NCBI RefSeq assembly: GCF_009834535.1
Contig: NC_045697.1
Span: forward strand, 87,236,001-87,300,000
Direction of reading: 5' to 3'
DNA: 64,000 nt
Source of the DNA: Camelus ferus
Lineage: Eukaryota
In this document: piece after piece, positions 1-14,678 of the stretch
Position numbering within the stretch: the first letter of the stretch is position 1
Layout of the letters: each line of letters opens with the position of its first letter
Notes under the pieces: generated by a model
Database searches by the model: none
What the model was told of the DNA's origin: nothing
What the model saw: only the letters and a program-made list of their open reading frames with translations
Position numbers and translations under genes: made by a program

Positions 1-2189
1 AATATAATCTGGTGCAGAGAATGCCCTGACTTATTTGTTTATGATATGTATCTCAGTGGGTACTAATTTACTTTTTAAGAAAAGAAAAATAACCTAAATT
101 TCTTGATAATTCTTTGCCTAGTTCCAACAATGGTGTGCTGTTAAATATTTAACACCCACCCCTCAAAAAGAAACAATTTAGTAGCTGTTTGATCCTGGAC
201 AATATCATCTTACATATAAAATTGTGGTAGTGATAATACATACTTCATAAATTATGAAGCTTGTATAAGATGATGTTTATAAAGCATTTAACAGATAATG
301 ACTCAATAAATGTTAACTGTTAAATCACTGTAATCGTCCTTTACAGGGTAAACTGAACACTTTTTGTAGTCACAGCAAATTTTACCACATGACATTCAGT
401 AAATTATGTGTGTAACTAAGAACACAGTCACCTCCATATGTTAGTGCAGTTGAAAAGATGAATTAACAGACTATTCATGGGAAAAGTTCATCTTATCAGT
501 ATGGCACTGGATATAAAAATATAAAAAATTACAAATATATGAATAGAATAGGATAAATAAAATGAATTCCCCATTTACTAAGTACTTACTATATGCTGTT
601 GAATACCATTCCTTCCTCTTGAGGGAGAAAGCCCTGAGAGGTATAAATAAGATACTTTTCTTAGAAAATAAAATTAAAGAGATAAGATGATTTTAAAATT
701 ACATGAAGTGAGCTTTTTTTGCAATTAAAATGAAAATGCCTTGTTGATATTAAAATACCGTGTTACTATTTGGGCATTCCCTACCGAACACTGAACATCC
801 TAGAAAATGAGATGTCCTACTTGAAGACACTAACCAGGAGCCCATTTCCAAAACCCCCCAATCAGTTTCTTAAAACCTATTAAATCCATATAGTGAAATG
901 TCTTTAAAGTAACAAATTATGATCTTAGGATGTAAAGTGCTTAAACCATGCTTCCTGCTGACCTAACAATCAAATTTAGCTGTGAAGGAACAGTTGCTTG
1001 GTGGACACTCAGAGGGCTTTCCTAATGTCTACACATGATCTGCTGTTTCCAGCTGTTGTGTTTGGGTTGTAACGTGAGACTTCCCCCCTTACATCCTTTT
1101 GTTTAAAATGTTATATTAAGCTTGAGAAATGTAAGTATAAAAAATTTCCAGTATAAACATCAGCTGGAAAATGTTGAATTAAGAGACATATATTCCCTGA
1201 AGAATGAGTTTTAAAAGTAAGAGGCATTCTACCAGGAGGATGTTAACTATGGAGACTCTCTGCAGGTAGGCCTGTGTTCTGTATTCTGGCTTACTTATTG
1301 GATGAAGTGCAGTATAACTAACCATAAACACCTGGTTACTGCTGCATGCTTTAAATATGTGCTTATTTAATTCTAATACAACCTTCAATGAGGAAGTGGA
1401 GGTTCAAAGACCCAAAATTAATTTCACAAAATATAATAATCATATAACTCCTCAGTTTCAGAGCTGGGACTCAAATCTACTTCTACAGGTGATATTTAGG
1501 AACAGCAATTAGAAAACTTCAAAAGCAGCAAGGAAAACACACTGACGTGTCTCAAATGGATTCACCGTCTTGTTTTAGATTAAATCCCCTTTCCATCCCC
1601 TGTCCCCTCCTACAGGAATTTTTAATCCCTGTTTCCAAATATCATTATATGAAATACAATGTATAAATTTTTGCTTTCTAAGTCTGATAGTAGCTGTTTC
1701 CCATTATGCTATACAGTTATCCTTGATTGTATATTTTCATTTATCTTTTAGTAAATATTTTAGGAATCAGTATTTGCTGTGAGAGAATTAATAAAATGTA
1801 TTAGGAGGTTTGCTAGAGCTTTTCACTTTGCTTATCTCATGGAATCAAAGGAAAAATTAGACTTTCTTATTATATTTTATTTACTCAGTAATTCACAAGA
1901 AAGTCTACTTTAATATGGCAGTTGAACTGAGTATATCCTAACCGCTAGCCTCGTGGAATCATAGGATATTGAAGCAATGAGTTTTATAATATATGTTAGA
2001 GAAAAATAAATGAATTAATGAGGAAGAGAATCATGAAGGAAAAGATGAAGCATTCTGGAGAATTCTGTTGAAACTTAGCTGCTAGATCGTTTTTGTATCA
2101 CATGTTCTAGGTAAAAGCAATGTGGTACTTGCTCAACTGTTAAGTCACAGTTTGGCCATTCTGTTTCCCGAGTAGCACTCAAATTATTT

Positions 2190-2960
2190 TAGATTGTGTT
2201 TCCATATACCAGCAAAGAACAATCAGAAAATGAAGTTGAGTAAATAATCCCACTTACAATAGCATCTAAAGGATTAAAATACTTACTAATAGATTTACTC
2301 AAAGAGGTGAAATACTTGTACACTGCAAAGTACAAAACTTTCCTAAAAGAAGTTAAAGAAGGCCTAAATAAATGGAAAGATATCCTGTGTTCATGACTGA
2401 AAGACCTAATATTGTTAAGATGTTGATGCCACCCAAACTAATCTACAGGTTTAGTATAATCCCTATCAAAATTCCAACAGTATTTTTTTATAGAAGTGAA
2501 AAAATTGATCCTCAGATTCATATGGAATGCAAAACAATATTGAAAAAGAAGAACCAATTAGAGGACTTACACTTTGCTGATTTCAAAACTCACTACAAAG
2601 CTACTGTAATTAAAATATATGGTACTAGCATAAAAGTATATTATATGTAGACCAATAGAATAGGATTGAGAGTCTGGAAATAAATCCATGACTATATAGC
2701 CAGTTGAATTTTGGCAAGGTGGCCGAGGCTGTTTGGTAGGGAAACGATAAACTTTCCAAACTGGATTTCCACATGCAAAGAATGAAGATGGACCCCTACT
2801 TCACTGTATACAAAAATTAACTCAAAATTGATCAATGATCTAAGTATAATAGCTAAAATCATAAAACTCTTAGACAAAAACTTGGGAATAAATCTTAATG
2901 ACTTTGGATTTGGCAGTGGTTTCTTAGGTATGAAACCAAAAGCGTAAGGAAAAATTAGAT
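2190..2960 (+). mobile_element. Old LINE-1 ORF2 fragment (L1M type)
   Basis: Degenerate ORF2 peptide ([31 protein letters not shown]) with several frameshifts. Confidence 0.9.
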
Positions 2961-3339
2961 TTAATGGAACACCTTGGGTGAGAAACAGTAAACTCAGATC
3001 ACAATGACAAAACTGTTATAGAAAAAAACTAGTTAGATCCTTTAAACAGATTATCTAGCTATCTACTGATTTGGATAAGTTATATGAGACCAATTTTTTA
3101 TTTGTTGGTAGTTAACCTACATACAATAACTAACCTTCAGGCTGTCTACTTGGAAGCTCTGTCAGACTTCACCAAGCTGACCATCCGTGGTGTTGTGGAT
3201 AAAGGATACCAAAGTCTTTGGAGTAACATTTAGATGATGAAGAGGATTAGGGTTATTTTTCAGAAGGGTGCTAATGTGATTCTTATCAAGCAATATTAAA
3301 AAAACAGCCACTGTTCTGTAGTTCTTTGTGCTGCTTGTT

Positions 3340-3825
3340 TTCCTCCCACTCCGCAACTCTACTCTTGCCTTTATCAGGGTTGCATGTGTATGTCTGTACA
3401 AGGAAAGGAGGGCAGGGTGACCCCTATGGCCTGGATAGCCCTGACTTCAGTTCCACTGGGTTTGGCCAGTGAAAAGCATCAACAGGAAATTAGAAGAAGA
3501 GAGGAGAAAGAAGTCAGGATATGTCTTTCCACTCCTTCCTGTGTAGCACCACAGTTCTAGGATTGGCCGTGTCACTTCAGGCCTGTGTTTCCTGTACTTT
3601 GAGCAGCCACTCCACCTCCCCAGTAGTTTCAGCCTTATTTAGATTTTGATAGAACTGTCTCCTCCCTTTACTCCTTCAAGCTCCTAAGCAATAGTAGCTT
3701 CCTGTAGTTTCTAGATTTGGGACCCTCAGCATCCCTTGTGGGTACTCTTAGCGTTTTTCACTCTTATGGAGATGTTTCTTAAATTGATTTATCTTTAAAA
3801 TCTCTGCCAGAACCGTAGCTAATTT
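3340..3825 (+). mobile_element. Ancient ERVL solo LTR (LTR33-like)
   Basis: Resembles the recalled LTR33 consensus (gggtttggccagtg...gaggagaaagaagtcaggatat...ccccttta ctccttcaag...catcccttg). Highly diverged. Confidence 0.6.
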
Positions 3826-4794
3826 ACTGATCTTACATACAGTTATTTCAGCAAATATTTACTGAAGCTATGTAGAATAATTTGTATCTCTTTAGTTTTT
3901 TAATGTAATTTAATACTTAGTATGAATTAACTTACATGTAGCAGGTCCTTTAAATAGTTGAAAGTATTAATAATCCCACTGTATTTACTCTTACTTAATT
4001 GTCCTATCTCAGGTTACAAATATGTATAAGTAAGTACCCTTGGGTATTTTGATGCTAGATCAGTGATTTAAACTGTCAATACATTTATTATTAATACCCA
4101 CAAAGGTCACCGGAGTTCAAAACAGCAGATTAAGCAGTTCAGGAAAAGCATGGGACATTAGTAACACACAGTCATTTTAATGCCTTTAATGCTATCAATG
4201 GGAAGTTAGTAAGCTTCAGTTTTCTCATCTGTAAAAAGAGAGGAAATCTGAAACTGATTATAACTGTTCATAATTATAATACATGAGGGAGAATTTAGAA
4301 ATATGGCATTATCATTAGTCTTACTGAAATTATTTGTTTTGGCTGGATGTTAGCTGCTTATTTTTTAAGATATATTTTTTAAAACTTAAAATAATGTTAT
4401 GTAGATATAAAAATGTACATCAAATCAAACACTAGTTTTCTTTTAATCTTTGAAATAAATTAAAAGTGAAAAACAATACTCATTCTTTCCTGCTATTTTG
4501 GATACTGAAAATATGTGTAATAATTTCATACATTAAACTCAATCTAGAGCTGAACTGGTTAAGACGAAGTTGACATATCAGATTTGCCCACTTTTCCATG
4601 AAATATTTTTATGCTTTATTCAGGCCCTGAAGTTATCTTGTAATGCTAATTGAAATGATATGGATGGATAATATGGGTCAATACTTTTATTTTTTTAATG
4701 TTAAAATTGTTGAATAAGTTGTGGATGTTTTAATAATTTCTAGACTTTAATTGTAGAATAAAGTCTGAACAGAATGTTTGAGCTAAAGAAAGTG

Positions 4795-4930
4795 CTAGAT
4801 ATAGTGGTCCAGTCCCCCTCCTTTTACAGATGAGAAAAATGAAGCTCCAGAAATAAAGTGAGCATAGCTTCACCAAGGTCACGTAGAGGATGAGAACAGA
4901 CCCACAGAACAGACACTCCAGTCTGTCGAT
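4795..4930 (-). mobile_element. MIR SINE fragment
   Basis: Core ttttacagatgagaaaaatgaagctc...ccaaggtcac. Confidence 0.75.
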
Positions 4931-5069
4931 GCCATTTTAAAATAATTCTTGGTACAGCTTCATTAGAGAGGTTCTACAGTGATCACTATTTTAGGGTTGA
5001 GGAAACTGATAATATGAAAAAAATGAGAAAATCACCTTATCAATCAATTAGATGTTTTAACTTTTAAGT

Positions 5070-5165
5070 TCTTTTTTTAATTGAGATACAATTGACATAC
5101 AGTGTTGTATTTTAGGTATACAACATAATGATTTGATATTTGTGTATATTGTGAAATGATCACCC
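5070..5165 (-). mobile_element. Short LINE-1 3' end
   Basis: T run followed by aattgagatacaattgacatac...gtatacaacataatgatttgatat...gtgaaatgatcacc, typical of an L1MA-type 3' terminus. Confidence 0.75.
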
Positions 5166-8100
5166 AGTCTGTCTATTTGGAAAGCCCATGTTTTTCCCAC
5201 TACATCACAGTGCCTCCCACCTTTTAACTCCCCACCCAACTGTTCTTCCTAAAGTGCTCCTTCCACATTCCAGATATTACAAGTTTTCCTACCCTCCCTC
5301 AACACCCGCCAAAGAAAAGTTCCTAATCCCCATTCTCTCTCTGCCTTCCAGGGATATTTATTGCCTGAATGAATCTCTAAGTAGCATGTTCAAATAGTGT
5401 AACAAGATGAAAGGAGTGTTCTAATGTCAGAGGAGCTCTTTGGGGACCAACGGGGCTACTAATGTGGAGGCTATTCTGTCTGAATCTGCCCTCGTGCCAG
5501 TCTTGTTTCTCATTATCGCTTGTTCTTTAGTTCACTCCTGAACTTCATGAGGTCTCTGAAAACTCTGGGTGTTTTCTTTTCTTTCTTTCCTTTTTTTTTT
5601 TAAACTGTATGATCTCCTAGTAAGGGCAAGAATAAAGGAGAAAGGCTCTTCCAAAAAATAGAGATTATTGTTAATGTGGTAATTAAGTGTATATAAGACA
5701 TTTAGGACCCTGAATTTCATTTTCCAAGATCGCAAAAGAATATATATATATGCAGCAAAATGTCATGAGATTTGACTATGACAAGTTTTTCTTGGACATT
5801 TCTAGAAGGCAGGCTACATTTTTTTCTCAATATCAGATATCTCCATATTATACTTTGGAAAACATATGTAGATAAAAGTGATTGTGGGGCAGAAATTAGT
5901 GCAACCTTTCTAGAAGGTAGTTAATATATAACAAAAAAGCTTCAAGTACTCACCTTCTGTCCTGCTAGGAATTTATCCTAGATTATAATAAACAGTTCAA
6001 GATGTTAGTTTAAAATGTTTATTCCAAGATTTTTATAGGTTGAATCTCTAAAATAAGACTAATAGTACCTACTTATCTTAGAGAGTTGCTTTGGGGATTA
6101 AATATTCATATGTGCTACATTTACATAAGAGAATAATAAGCAACCATTAAATTGGTGGTATATATTATATGTATTTACACTAAAAGAAATCCATGCACTG
6201 TAATTACTGGAAAATAAAGAGTAGGTTATAAAACACATATAAATAACACAATTTTTATATGAAACAATATACATTACAATGGTTTTGAGAATTGTTCCCC
6301 AAAACGTTAATAGAGCCATCATTTTGGTAATTTTTACTTTGTAATTAATGTAAATCAGTATTACGTCAAAATTGTTTACAATACTATGGGTCATTTTTAT
6401 ATCACAGAAAGCAATGAAGTTATTTTTATTTTAAAAATAAACTGAACGTGTATGATGTGTCTGTTTACTAACAATATGGGTTTTAATTTGTTCTAAACTT
6501 CCTCCTGTGTAAAGGGAGTGTGATGATAAACTTTCAGCATAAATGTCAGTTATAATCCCCATCCCATCTTCCCATTTGTGAGTCCTGAGCCACTCTTGGC
6601 TCCATAATAGCCAAGGTGAATGAATGCCTTCTGAAAGGGTGGGGTCAGATTTCTCATAGGCAACTTTCTTAGCACATCACAAGTAATGCTGTCAGTGAAG
6701 TGGTTGGGGGTGGAGGGAGACCATGATGTTGCCAGAACCCAGGAGAGAAGTCAGCCTGATGATCCAGAGGAGTATTTGCAAAGTCGAGACTTATGTGGCA
6801 GTTTTAAGACTGTCTTTAGTTTTAAACTAAACTCATCATTTAGAACTCAGTCATGTTTTAAACATTATCTTGGTGAATTGCAGGAAAGGGAGACCATCTC
6901 TTTTTATTCATTTGGACTCAGCACTTCTATTTTTAGATATATAGCGACGAGAAATTCTCTTGGTTAAAAATAATTTTAAGGAAAAACTTCAGACGGCTAG
7001 TTGAAGTGAATGGTAATATGGAGGATGTAGTGAGTGACAGTGTGTCACACTCCTCCCACCCATGCCAGAACATTTACCTGGGGACGTAAGCACTTTTCCC
7101 TGGCTGTTCTTAGAAATAATCACATTTGTTTAAGAGTGCTGTATGGTCAGATCTGAGGTGTTTAAAAATAAGTGAGGCAGGGTGTCCTGTGGTGCAGCGT
7201 ATGGCTCTTCAGCACTCACAGGTTGTTTTCTTTCCTCACTTCCCCATTTAGTTATAGTTAGTTAGACAATAAAGTCATTTCAGAATTGTTCACTGAGAAG
7301 GAAGTGGCTTAACTACTCACAGCTGGGGCTGCATAGGTCCTCAACAGCTCCCTGGAATTTAGGATCACATCTGAGTTGATATTATCAGACTACCCCTGCC
7401 TGCCCAAGATAATAAAATTTGAAGTCCTGTGTGTTAGGAGGACTGAAACGTGTGCAGGTAGTTGAGGAAGTTTGTTCAAAGTATTTCCTCTTCAAAAAAG
7501 CAGGAGCAGCAGGAGTGCAAGACCAGGGTAGTATATTGGGAGTTTTAGTTTAAGATTTCCTTTACAATTTCTTCCCCTGAGGAATGTCAGTTCTCTTTAG
7601 CAACTTAGTTGTCAAGTACAATAATGAATCTTACAGAAAATATGAAACTGGAGAAATGAAGAACTTCATTTGCTATTTGTACTGGATTGTGTGCAGGTGT
7701 AATGAAAGTAGGCACCTGATACAAGAAAAAAGAGAATTCTGCTTATTTGAGCTGAAGTGAATCCCATCTACGTACATACTCCGAAGTTTTGAGAAGCTTT
7801 TGTTATGGTTATTTTGTGTAGAGAAATTATACAGATTTTGCCTTTAAGAACAAAATTTTCAAATCTATGAAGTTTCATCTTGAATTGAAACTGTTTACCT
7901 GTCTGTCATCTCCATTTTGTACATTTCTTCAAGGCAAGGGTGATACTGCTTATCTCTGATAATCCATTACCAATTTCGTAAATATTTATTTGGTTGGCTA
8001 ATTAATTAAATTTGCCTTTTAATGCAAATAATTTGCCTAACAACAGTTTCTCACACACACATATACATGAGCCCGTCTTCTGTTTTCTTCTGCTTCCAAC

Positions 8101-9165
8101 TTCAGGAGTTTGGGAACGGGAATAGTTTTTACTACAGCAGTTTACAAAGTTTTAGCATGAAAGGATGAAATTACACTAAATTGAGTGGGAAGTGGAAGGA
8201 ACAGTAATATTAGGAGCAGTTTTGTATTTCAGTATTTATATACTAGAGGACTGGATATAGTCAGCCATGGCCTTCACTTACATCAAAATCTGTGACAAAA
8301 ATGAATTAACCACCATTTCCCATATTGTCACTTAGTGTGACAAGTCAATGCAAAACGTGGGACAATTAATTTGCATAATTCATTTTTGTACTTTAATTCC
8401 TGTGGATATCATATATGTAAATATATATAGAAAATATAATAAATATAAGTAGAAAAACACATGATATCTATTTCAGGCAGTTAAAATATAATTTTACTTG
8501 TACGTGTGGTGTATGTGTATATTTATAGATACATACATACATAATATTTCTAAAAATATTACCTAACACAAACACCTTAGCTTTGTTTCTTAAAATGAAT
8601 ATAAAACTCTAATAAAGAGACTTTTTAAAAATATCTCTGAGCTATTTAACTTGAATGAGTTGAAATCTTGAATCTCTAATAGAAGTCTATGACAGGAGTT
8701 TGGGACCCAGTGTCATAGAAACAGTACAATTCCATTACGTATTTCTCTTAACAAGCAAAATCTAAATAGTTTACAGGATTACTTTACTTTCTAACAATTA
8801 GCACCTCTAATAGAAATTTAAACAAGTTAAAACTGAGTTCAACATATAACTGAACAACAAATTAAAATTTTACTTGGAATACCTCTGTTGTCATAGATAA
8901 TATTTCTAGTAATTTTTGCAGTGATTCTTCTGTTATTAATGAGCTGAATGTTTTTCAGCTAAGAACAGTTAATTTTTAAATGAACTTACTCATTTTTTAG
9001 TTTATCAGTTAAGATAAACAGAAATTGGAAAAGGACAATGCTCTCATGTGAAGAAGTTGATGAGACTGGTTAATGCTTTCATAAGGGTAATCTATCTAGT
9101 GCCCTAATAATTTAGTTTGTATTTGGGAGTAGTTTCTTCACTGAAGGTCTCCACAAGCCCTAGAA

Positions 9166-9471
9166 CTGCCTGTCCAATTTGGTAGCCACTGGTCACATGG
9201 AGCTATTGAGCACTTGAAATGGGCTTGTCCAAACCAAGCTGTGCTTCAAGTGTCAGATACACTCCAGATTTCAAAGCCTTTATATCAAAAAAAGTAAGCT
9301 ATTTCTTTGATAAGTTTTACATTGACCTTTAAATGACAACACTTTGGATGTGTTACATTAAATGAAATATATTATTAAAAGTAATTTTACCTTTAAAAAA
9401 TTTTTCTAAGCATAGCTACTAGAAAATTTGAAATTATATGGCTCATACTATGTGTCTGCTGGACAGCTCTG
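9166..9471 (-). mobile_element. MER33-like hAT-Charlie non-autonomous DNA transposon
   Basis: TIRs ctgcctgtcca / tggacagctctg, internal gtagccactggtcacatggagctattgagcacttgaaat, and degenerate 8-bp TSD ccctagaa / gcctggaa. Confidence 0.85.
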
Positions 9472-11009
9472 GCCTGGAATTTTACCTCTTTCACTGTCAG
9501 AGTTTAAATGGATGATGATCTGTGATGCTGCAGGTATAATCAGAGTGGATATCCCATGTTTTAGAGCTAAAGGTAACTGGGTCAGATGTGGAACCCAGCT
9601 TTTACTTACTTTTTATTAATCTCTATTGTGTCCTGCTTTTTGTGGGAAATACAATTTTTCCTGAGCTAATAAAATAACAGTTTTTCTTCACTTCTCTAGA
9701 TCTGGTAAAATAAGTTGGAACATTATGTCAGGAATGGCTCTTTCGAACGTATAACACTTTCTTGTGTGTCTGTTATTTTAAATTTTGAATTCTCCATTAA
9801 CTCTGGGATGGGTTTAGCACATGTTTCTCCTTGCTCTAAAAGGTGTCATTTTCAGGAAACAAAAGTTCTTAAGTACTAATATTCTGGTATGAAGTTGCTG
9901 TGTATTTCATAATGCCATTGGTATAACAGCCATGCGTGGTTTTAATCTCTGAGAGTATTATTTTTATAGTTTTGTCAAGGGACTTTCCTCATAATCCCAG
10001 CTGAGTGTTGTTGCTGTGACTAAGGTTAGGGATCCATACTGAACAAAGCAAGCCCCCAGATTTCAGAGCTGTTTAAACTACTTTTTACAGCCTCCTTGCT
10101 TATCCTTATAGATTATTTAACGTTGCTTTTTGTATGCAGATTGCTGGGGAGAGGATTTATAAGAAAGAAGAATTCTCAGTGAGGATTTCCAGTTGGTTCT
10201 TTCATGACAGGGCCATGGGGTGGGGAGATGGGTGGAGAGAGAGTGTAAGACCAGATAGGTCCGGGAACTGAGGAGATTTGAGCCAAGAGAGTACCCTGCT
10301 TCAAACTAAAGGCCAAGTGGGTCCACGCTTTTGTTACTGTTCATGTTGTACTCCAAGTTACTTCCTTCCAAAGTTCTTGAAGTTTCTAGTCAACCTTCAG
10401 TTAATATCCAAAACTGATCATTATTTGCTGCCTAGATTGGTAAAAGGAAGACTGGAAGTAACATCCTTTTGGCAGAGATGAGGCAGAAGTTTGATTAGGG
10501 GTCAGGGAATCATTAAAGGCCCTAAAGCATTTTGTGAAACTGTTAGTTCTTTGTCTGAGCGTCTCGGCCAACATTCTTTCAGTAAACTAAATCTTATCAT
10601 GAGAATATGAACAGTCAGCCCAGATACTCTATTTGGATCAGTATCCAGATTTGTAATGGCAATTCCATTTGCGTACAGTGATCATACTTTCTTCTATTTA
10701 CTTTTGAGCTCTTTTCAGTTTCCTGATATTAATGAAAATAGTCAGGTGCTTAATCTTCTATTTCAGAACCTCCTTCTCAAAAAATCTAAACATTTCATTG
10801 AAGCTCCTTGAAGGTGTTTAATCTGTGATTACCCACATATTTTCCCCCCTAATTTCAGTTTCTTCTGGATAGCATCATTTTATGTATTTCTAGTCTATTT
10901 GCATTCCCACTCTCCTGGGCTACAACCTCGTATCTTCTCTCTCTTCAGACTTTCAGTACCATCTTTATCCTGTCTCAACTGATATCTTTTTGAAAACTGA
11001 ATAATTAGA

Positions 11010-11620
11010 AGGAGAATCATTCAGCAAAAATAGACCAAAGCTAATAGGGCTGATAGAACTAGCAAACTTTAAAATGGCCATTATCAATGTGTTTAAGAAT
11101 TTTAAGGAAAGCATCATTAAGAAGGGATGATTGGAGGCTATTAAATAAATTAAGTGAAAATTCTACAGCTGGAAGATAGAATATCTAAAGTAAAAATTCA
11201 CTGATTGGACTTATCAGTAGATTAGATATGACATAGCAATAAAACTGTCCAAACTGAAGCATAGTTTAAAAAAAAAAAAGGTGGGGTCGGGAGCATGGAA
11301 AGAATAGACCTTCAGTAACCTGTGGGATGATATCATGTAACAGAGTACTTAAAAAGAAATGAGAGGGATTGGAGCAGAAATTTTTAAACCCCAAGTAGGA
11401 TATATATAAAGAAAACTACACAAGGCACAGCATGATTAAATTGTGTAAACTAATGATAAAGAGTCTTAAAAGCAGCTGGAGAAAAAAGAAATATTACATA
11501 ACAGATTAACAAGGTAATAATCCTGCTGATAACTTACAGACACCATGCAAAGCAGAACACAATGGAATGACAAAGTACTGAACAAATGAACACACAAAGC
11601 CAAATATTTCTGAATAAGGA
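11010..11620 (+). mobile_element. Ancient LINE-1 ORF1 remnant
   Basis: Degenerate ORF1-like segments (aacctgtgggatgatatca; tcttaaaagcagctggagaaaaaaga; accatgcaaagcagaacacaatggaatgac). Confidence 0.7.
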
Positions 11621-11629
11621 TAACCTTCA

Positions 11630-11865
11630 TTTATTTAGTACATATTATATACCAGAAACTGTGTTAGGTTTAATATACATTATCTCATGTAATCCTCAGA
11701 ACAACCCTGAGGGGTAGTAAAATTACCACATCTTAGAAATGCAGAAGTTGAGGCTCAGAGAATCCAAATGACTTGTCTAATAAATGTTACACACTTAGCA
11801 AATGAAAAATTAAGGATTTGAAACCAGGTATGATTGACTTAAAACTACTTTTTTCACTATAAACC
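11630..11865 (-). mobile_element. MIR SINE, near full length
   Basis: atctcatgtaatcctcagaacaaccctgag...gttgaggctcagaga...tgacttgtc...ggatttgaaaccagg. Confidence 0.85.
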
Positions 11866-12249
11866 ATATGAAATAGAACATTTATATAACCTGATTTACT
11901 AGGTAAGATGATTGGAGGCTATTTGTTGTGCTTTTGTATGTTTGAAAATTGCAGTCGGTCAACAAGTATTTATTGAGCGCTTAAGATATTCCTGGCTGTC
12001 TGAGGAAAAGCACATCAGTGTTACTAGGGTGGAAAAGGTGGACTGGATCCAGATGGCACTGGCTTTAGGAGTAGAGAATGTGGTGTGTGTGTGTGTACGT
12101 GTTTTAGAAAAAGTTCTAAATTTAGAAAAAGTTCTAAATAAATCCCAACTCTCATACTCTGTCCATACCATGTGTAATTACAGTTGGAGAATGTTTTAAA
12201 AAAAAAAAAAACAACAAAAACCCTCTAATATCCTGGCTGGATATTAGAA

Positions 12250-13650
12250 TGGAATAGTAAACAATACAAATATGATTCCTCATACTCATGGAGCTTATAG
12301 TCTAGCAAGAAGAGAAATGTGGTAATTCTAGCTACCTCTCAGGGTTGTTCTAAGGATTAAATGAAACAATGTATATTACAAGAATCAGCAGAGTTTGGGT
12401 ATCTGACATTTCTAATAAATACTTCTATTATTTCTATTAAATAATTTTAAATATTTAAGAAACTAATTATAGGTATTCAAATGCTTTGAATAAATACCAA
12501 ATACTATGAAAGCATGTAGGAAAGGTACTCTAACTTAGTCTGTAAGATTACACAGAGCTTCCCTGAGTTATTGATCTTTAAGCTGAATCTAAAGAATGAA
12601 TAAGCTTTTAGCCAGAAAAGGAGAGAATGAGGTACAGAAGATCATTCTATTCAAAGGGCTCAGCTTTTGAAAAGACACAGAGGTTGGAGAGAGCATAGTA
12701 TGTCCTTTATTCTAAGGACAGTGGGAAACAATGGAAGGTATTAAGGATGTGATTGAAGGGTAGCTGGCAATCATCACATTTGCATTAAAAAATCATTTCA
12801 TCACTCCAGCACTCTGTATGAACAGTCCTTCCGAAGAGGGATGTGACAAAAGTAGACACAAGGATAACCATAAGAAATTGGTTCAAGCTGTGAAAATGGA
12901 GTAAAGTTGGAATCCACAGAATCTGGCAGTTTTGAAAGTGGGAAATGAATAAGAAGATACACAGTTCCTAGGTTTCTGGGTTGGTGGAAAGGCCATTTAC
13001 TGAGAATGGGAATCAAGGAAAAGAAAATTGTGAATTATGTTGGGTATGTTTATATGGATATACCTGTGTGACATCCAAGATCGAGACGTCAAATAGAAAG
13101 TTTGACACATGGGTCTGGAGCTCAGAGGAGAAATGTGGGATGTGGGGAATCATTTCTTGTAGATGATAATTGAAGTCAAAGGAATGAATGGGAAAGAAGA
13201 GAAGGAAGAGAAGAAGTTTAAGTGTACGCTCTGAGGAACTTCAATCTTTAAGTTTAGGTAGAGAGAGAGGAAGCAGCCAGCAAGCGTGGCTGAGTAGGAA
13301 CATTCAGAGAGATGAGTATAATGTAGAGTGTCAGAAGCCAAAAGAGAAGTGTTTAAGAACAGAGGATAATTGAGCTTTTTAAACCCTGCTGGAAATTTAG
13401 GCAAGATACAGGCAGAAAAAAAAATTTTTTTTAATTTAACTATCTAAAAATCATTGATGATCTTCTGAGTTATTTTAGTGGTGTGTGATGAGAACAGAGT
13501 GAAGTCAACTGAGAAAAGAATAACAGGTGAGTAACTAGAGACAGCTAGAGCTAACCCTTAAGCTGTGTATGGGGAAGAGTTTGGACAGTAGCTAAAACAA
13601 GATGAGGTGTTGAACAAGGGTTTTTAGTAGGTAAAAGGTATCTGAGTATG
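12250..13650 (-). mobile_element. LINE-2 relic with a nested MIR fragment (about 12320-12425)
   Basis: L2 landmarks ctcatggagcttatagtctag, tgggtctggagctcagaggaga, gtagagtgtcagaagccaa. Confidence 0.7.
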
Positions 13651-14678
13651 TTTAAGTTGTGATGGAAAAAAAGCAAATAGAGTAGAACTTGAAGTAGAAT
13701 TATCCCCTGGCGGGGATAATTGCAGTGCTGTGTTCCACCAGGGTAGGATGGGGTGGGGTTTGGAGGGAGTGCTGCTGGATCAGGAGACTAGCTGGTCTGC
13801 TATAGACTCAGATAAGTATGTAAAAACATACCATCTAGTCTAAATGTCAGTTCTTACCATCACACTGAAACCAGGTGAGTACTACTCCCGAAGAAAACCT
13901 TCCTCGTTACAACAAAAAAACAAAACTAACAGAAAAAAAGCAAATGAAGATACTGAACTGACCTCAAGAAGCAATATCAAGTAATGAAAAACAGAATTTG
14001 TTCATTATTTAAATCATTAAAGCAGGATTGTCTGTTTGAGAACTTTTATATCCACAGCCCTACTAATTTTAATGCCTGAAATAGTGTTAATCTATGACCT
14101 GCGTGGAAGATTTTTTTAAATGTTTTGTTAGAGAATGTGGTGGACTTGTAACTGCAACTTTCAAACTCTTCTTTAAAAGTTTGTAATACTTTCCTAGAAT
14201 TCCATTTTTTCCCTTTTTTTCATACAAAGAAATCACTGCCCTCCCCTACCTTCGGAGTAAGTTTTGAGATGATGCAGCCACATCTGGCAGAGCTGTGCTA
14301 ACCGCTGTCATCTAGTTATTCCGGTAATAATATTTTCTTTCCCTTTCCTTTTTTTTCCTATTCTCCCAAATCTTTTAAAAAAAAATGTTGAGAGAAATAA
14401 AACAAATTGTCTCTCTTTCATATTGATATTTAAGATGAAGTAAAAGTAGTTACAAAAACATCTATCAACATAAGACTAACTTGCCAAGCTAAGTATTTGG
14501 GTTCGAAATCATTCCTTCCCAACTGCTTAAAAACAGGAAGTATCTCTGTTAAATGATAGATAGCTCCCTGATGCTGGAAAGGAAGGTCTCTTTAATTTCT
14601 CTACATTTTTGAGCAATAAAATGAGTTCTGTAATTTCATACATAGAAGCCAAATACATATACATCAACACACATTGTA

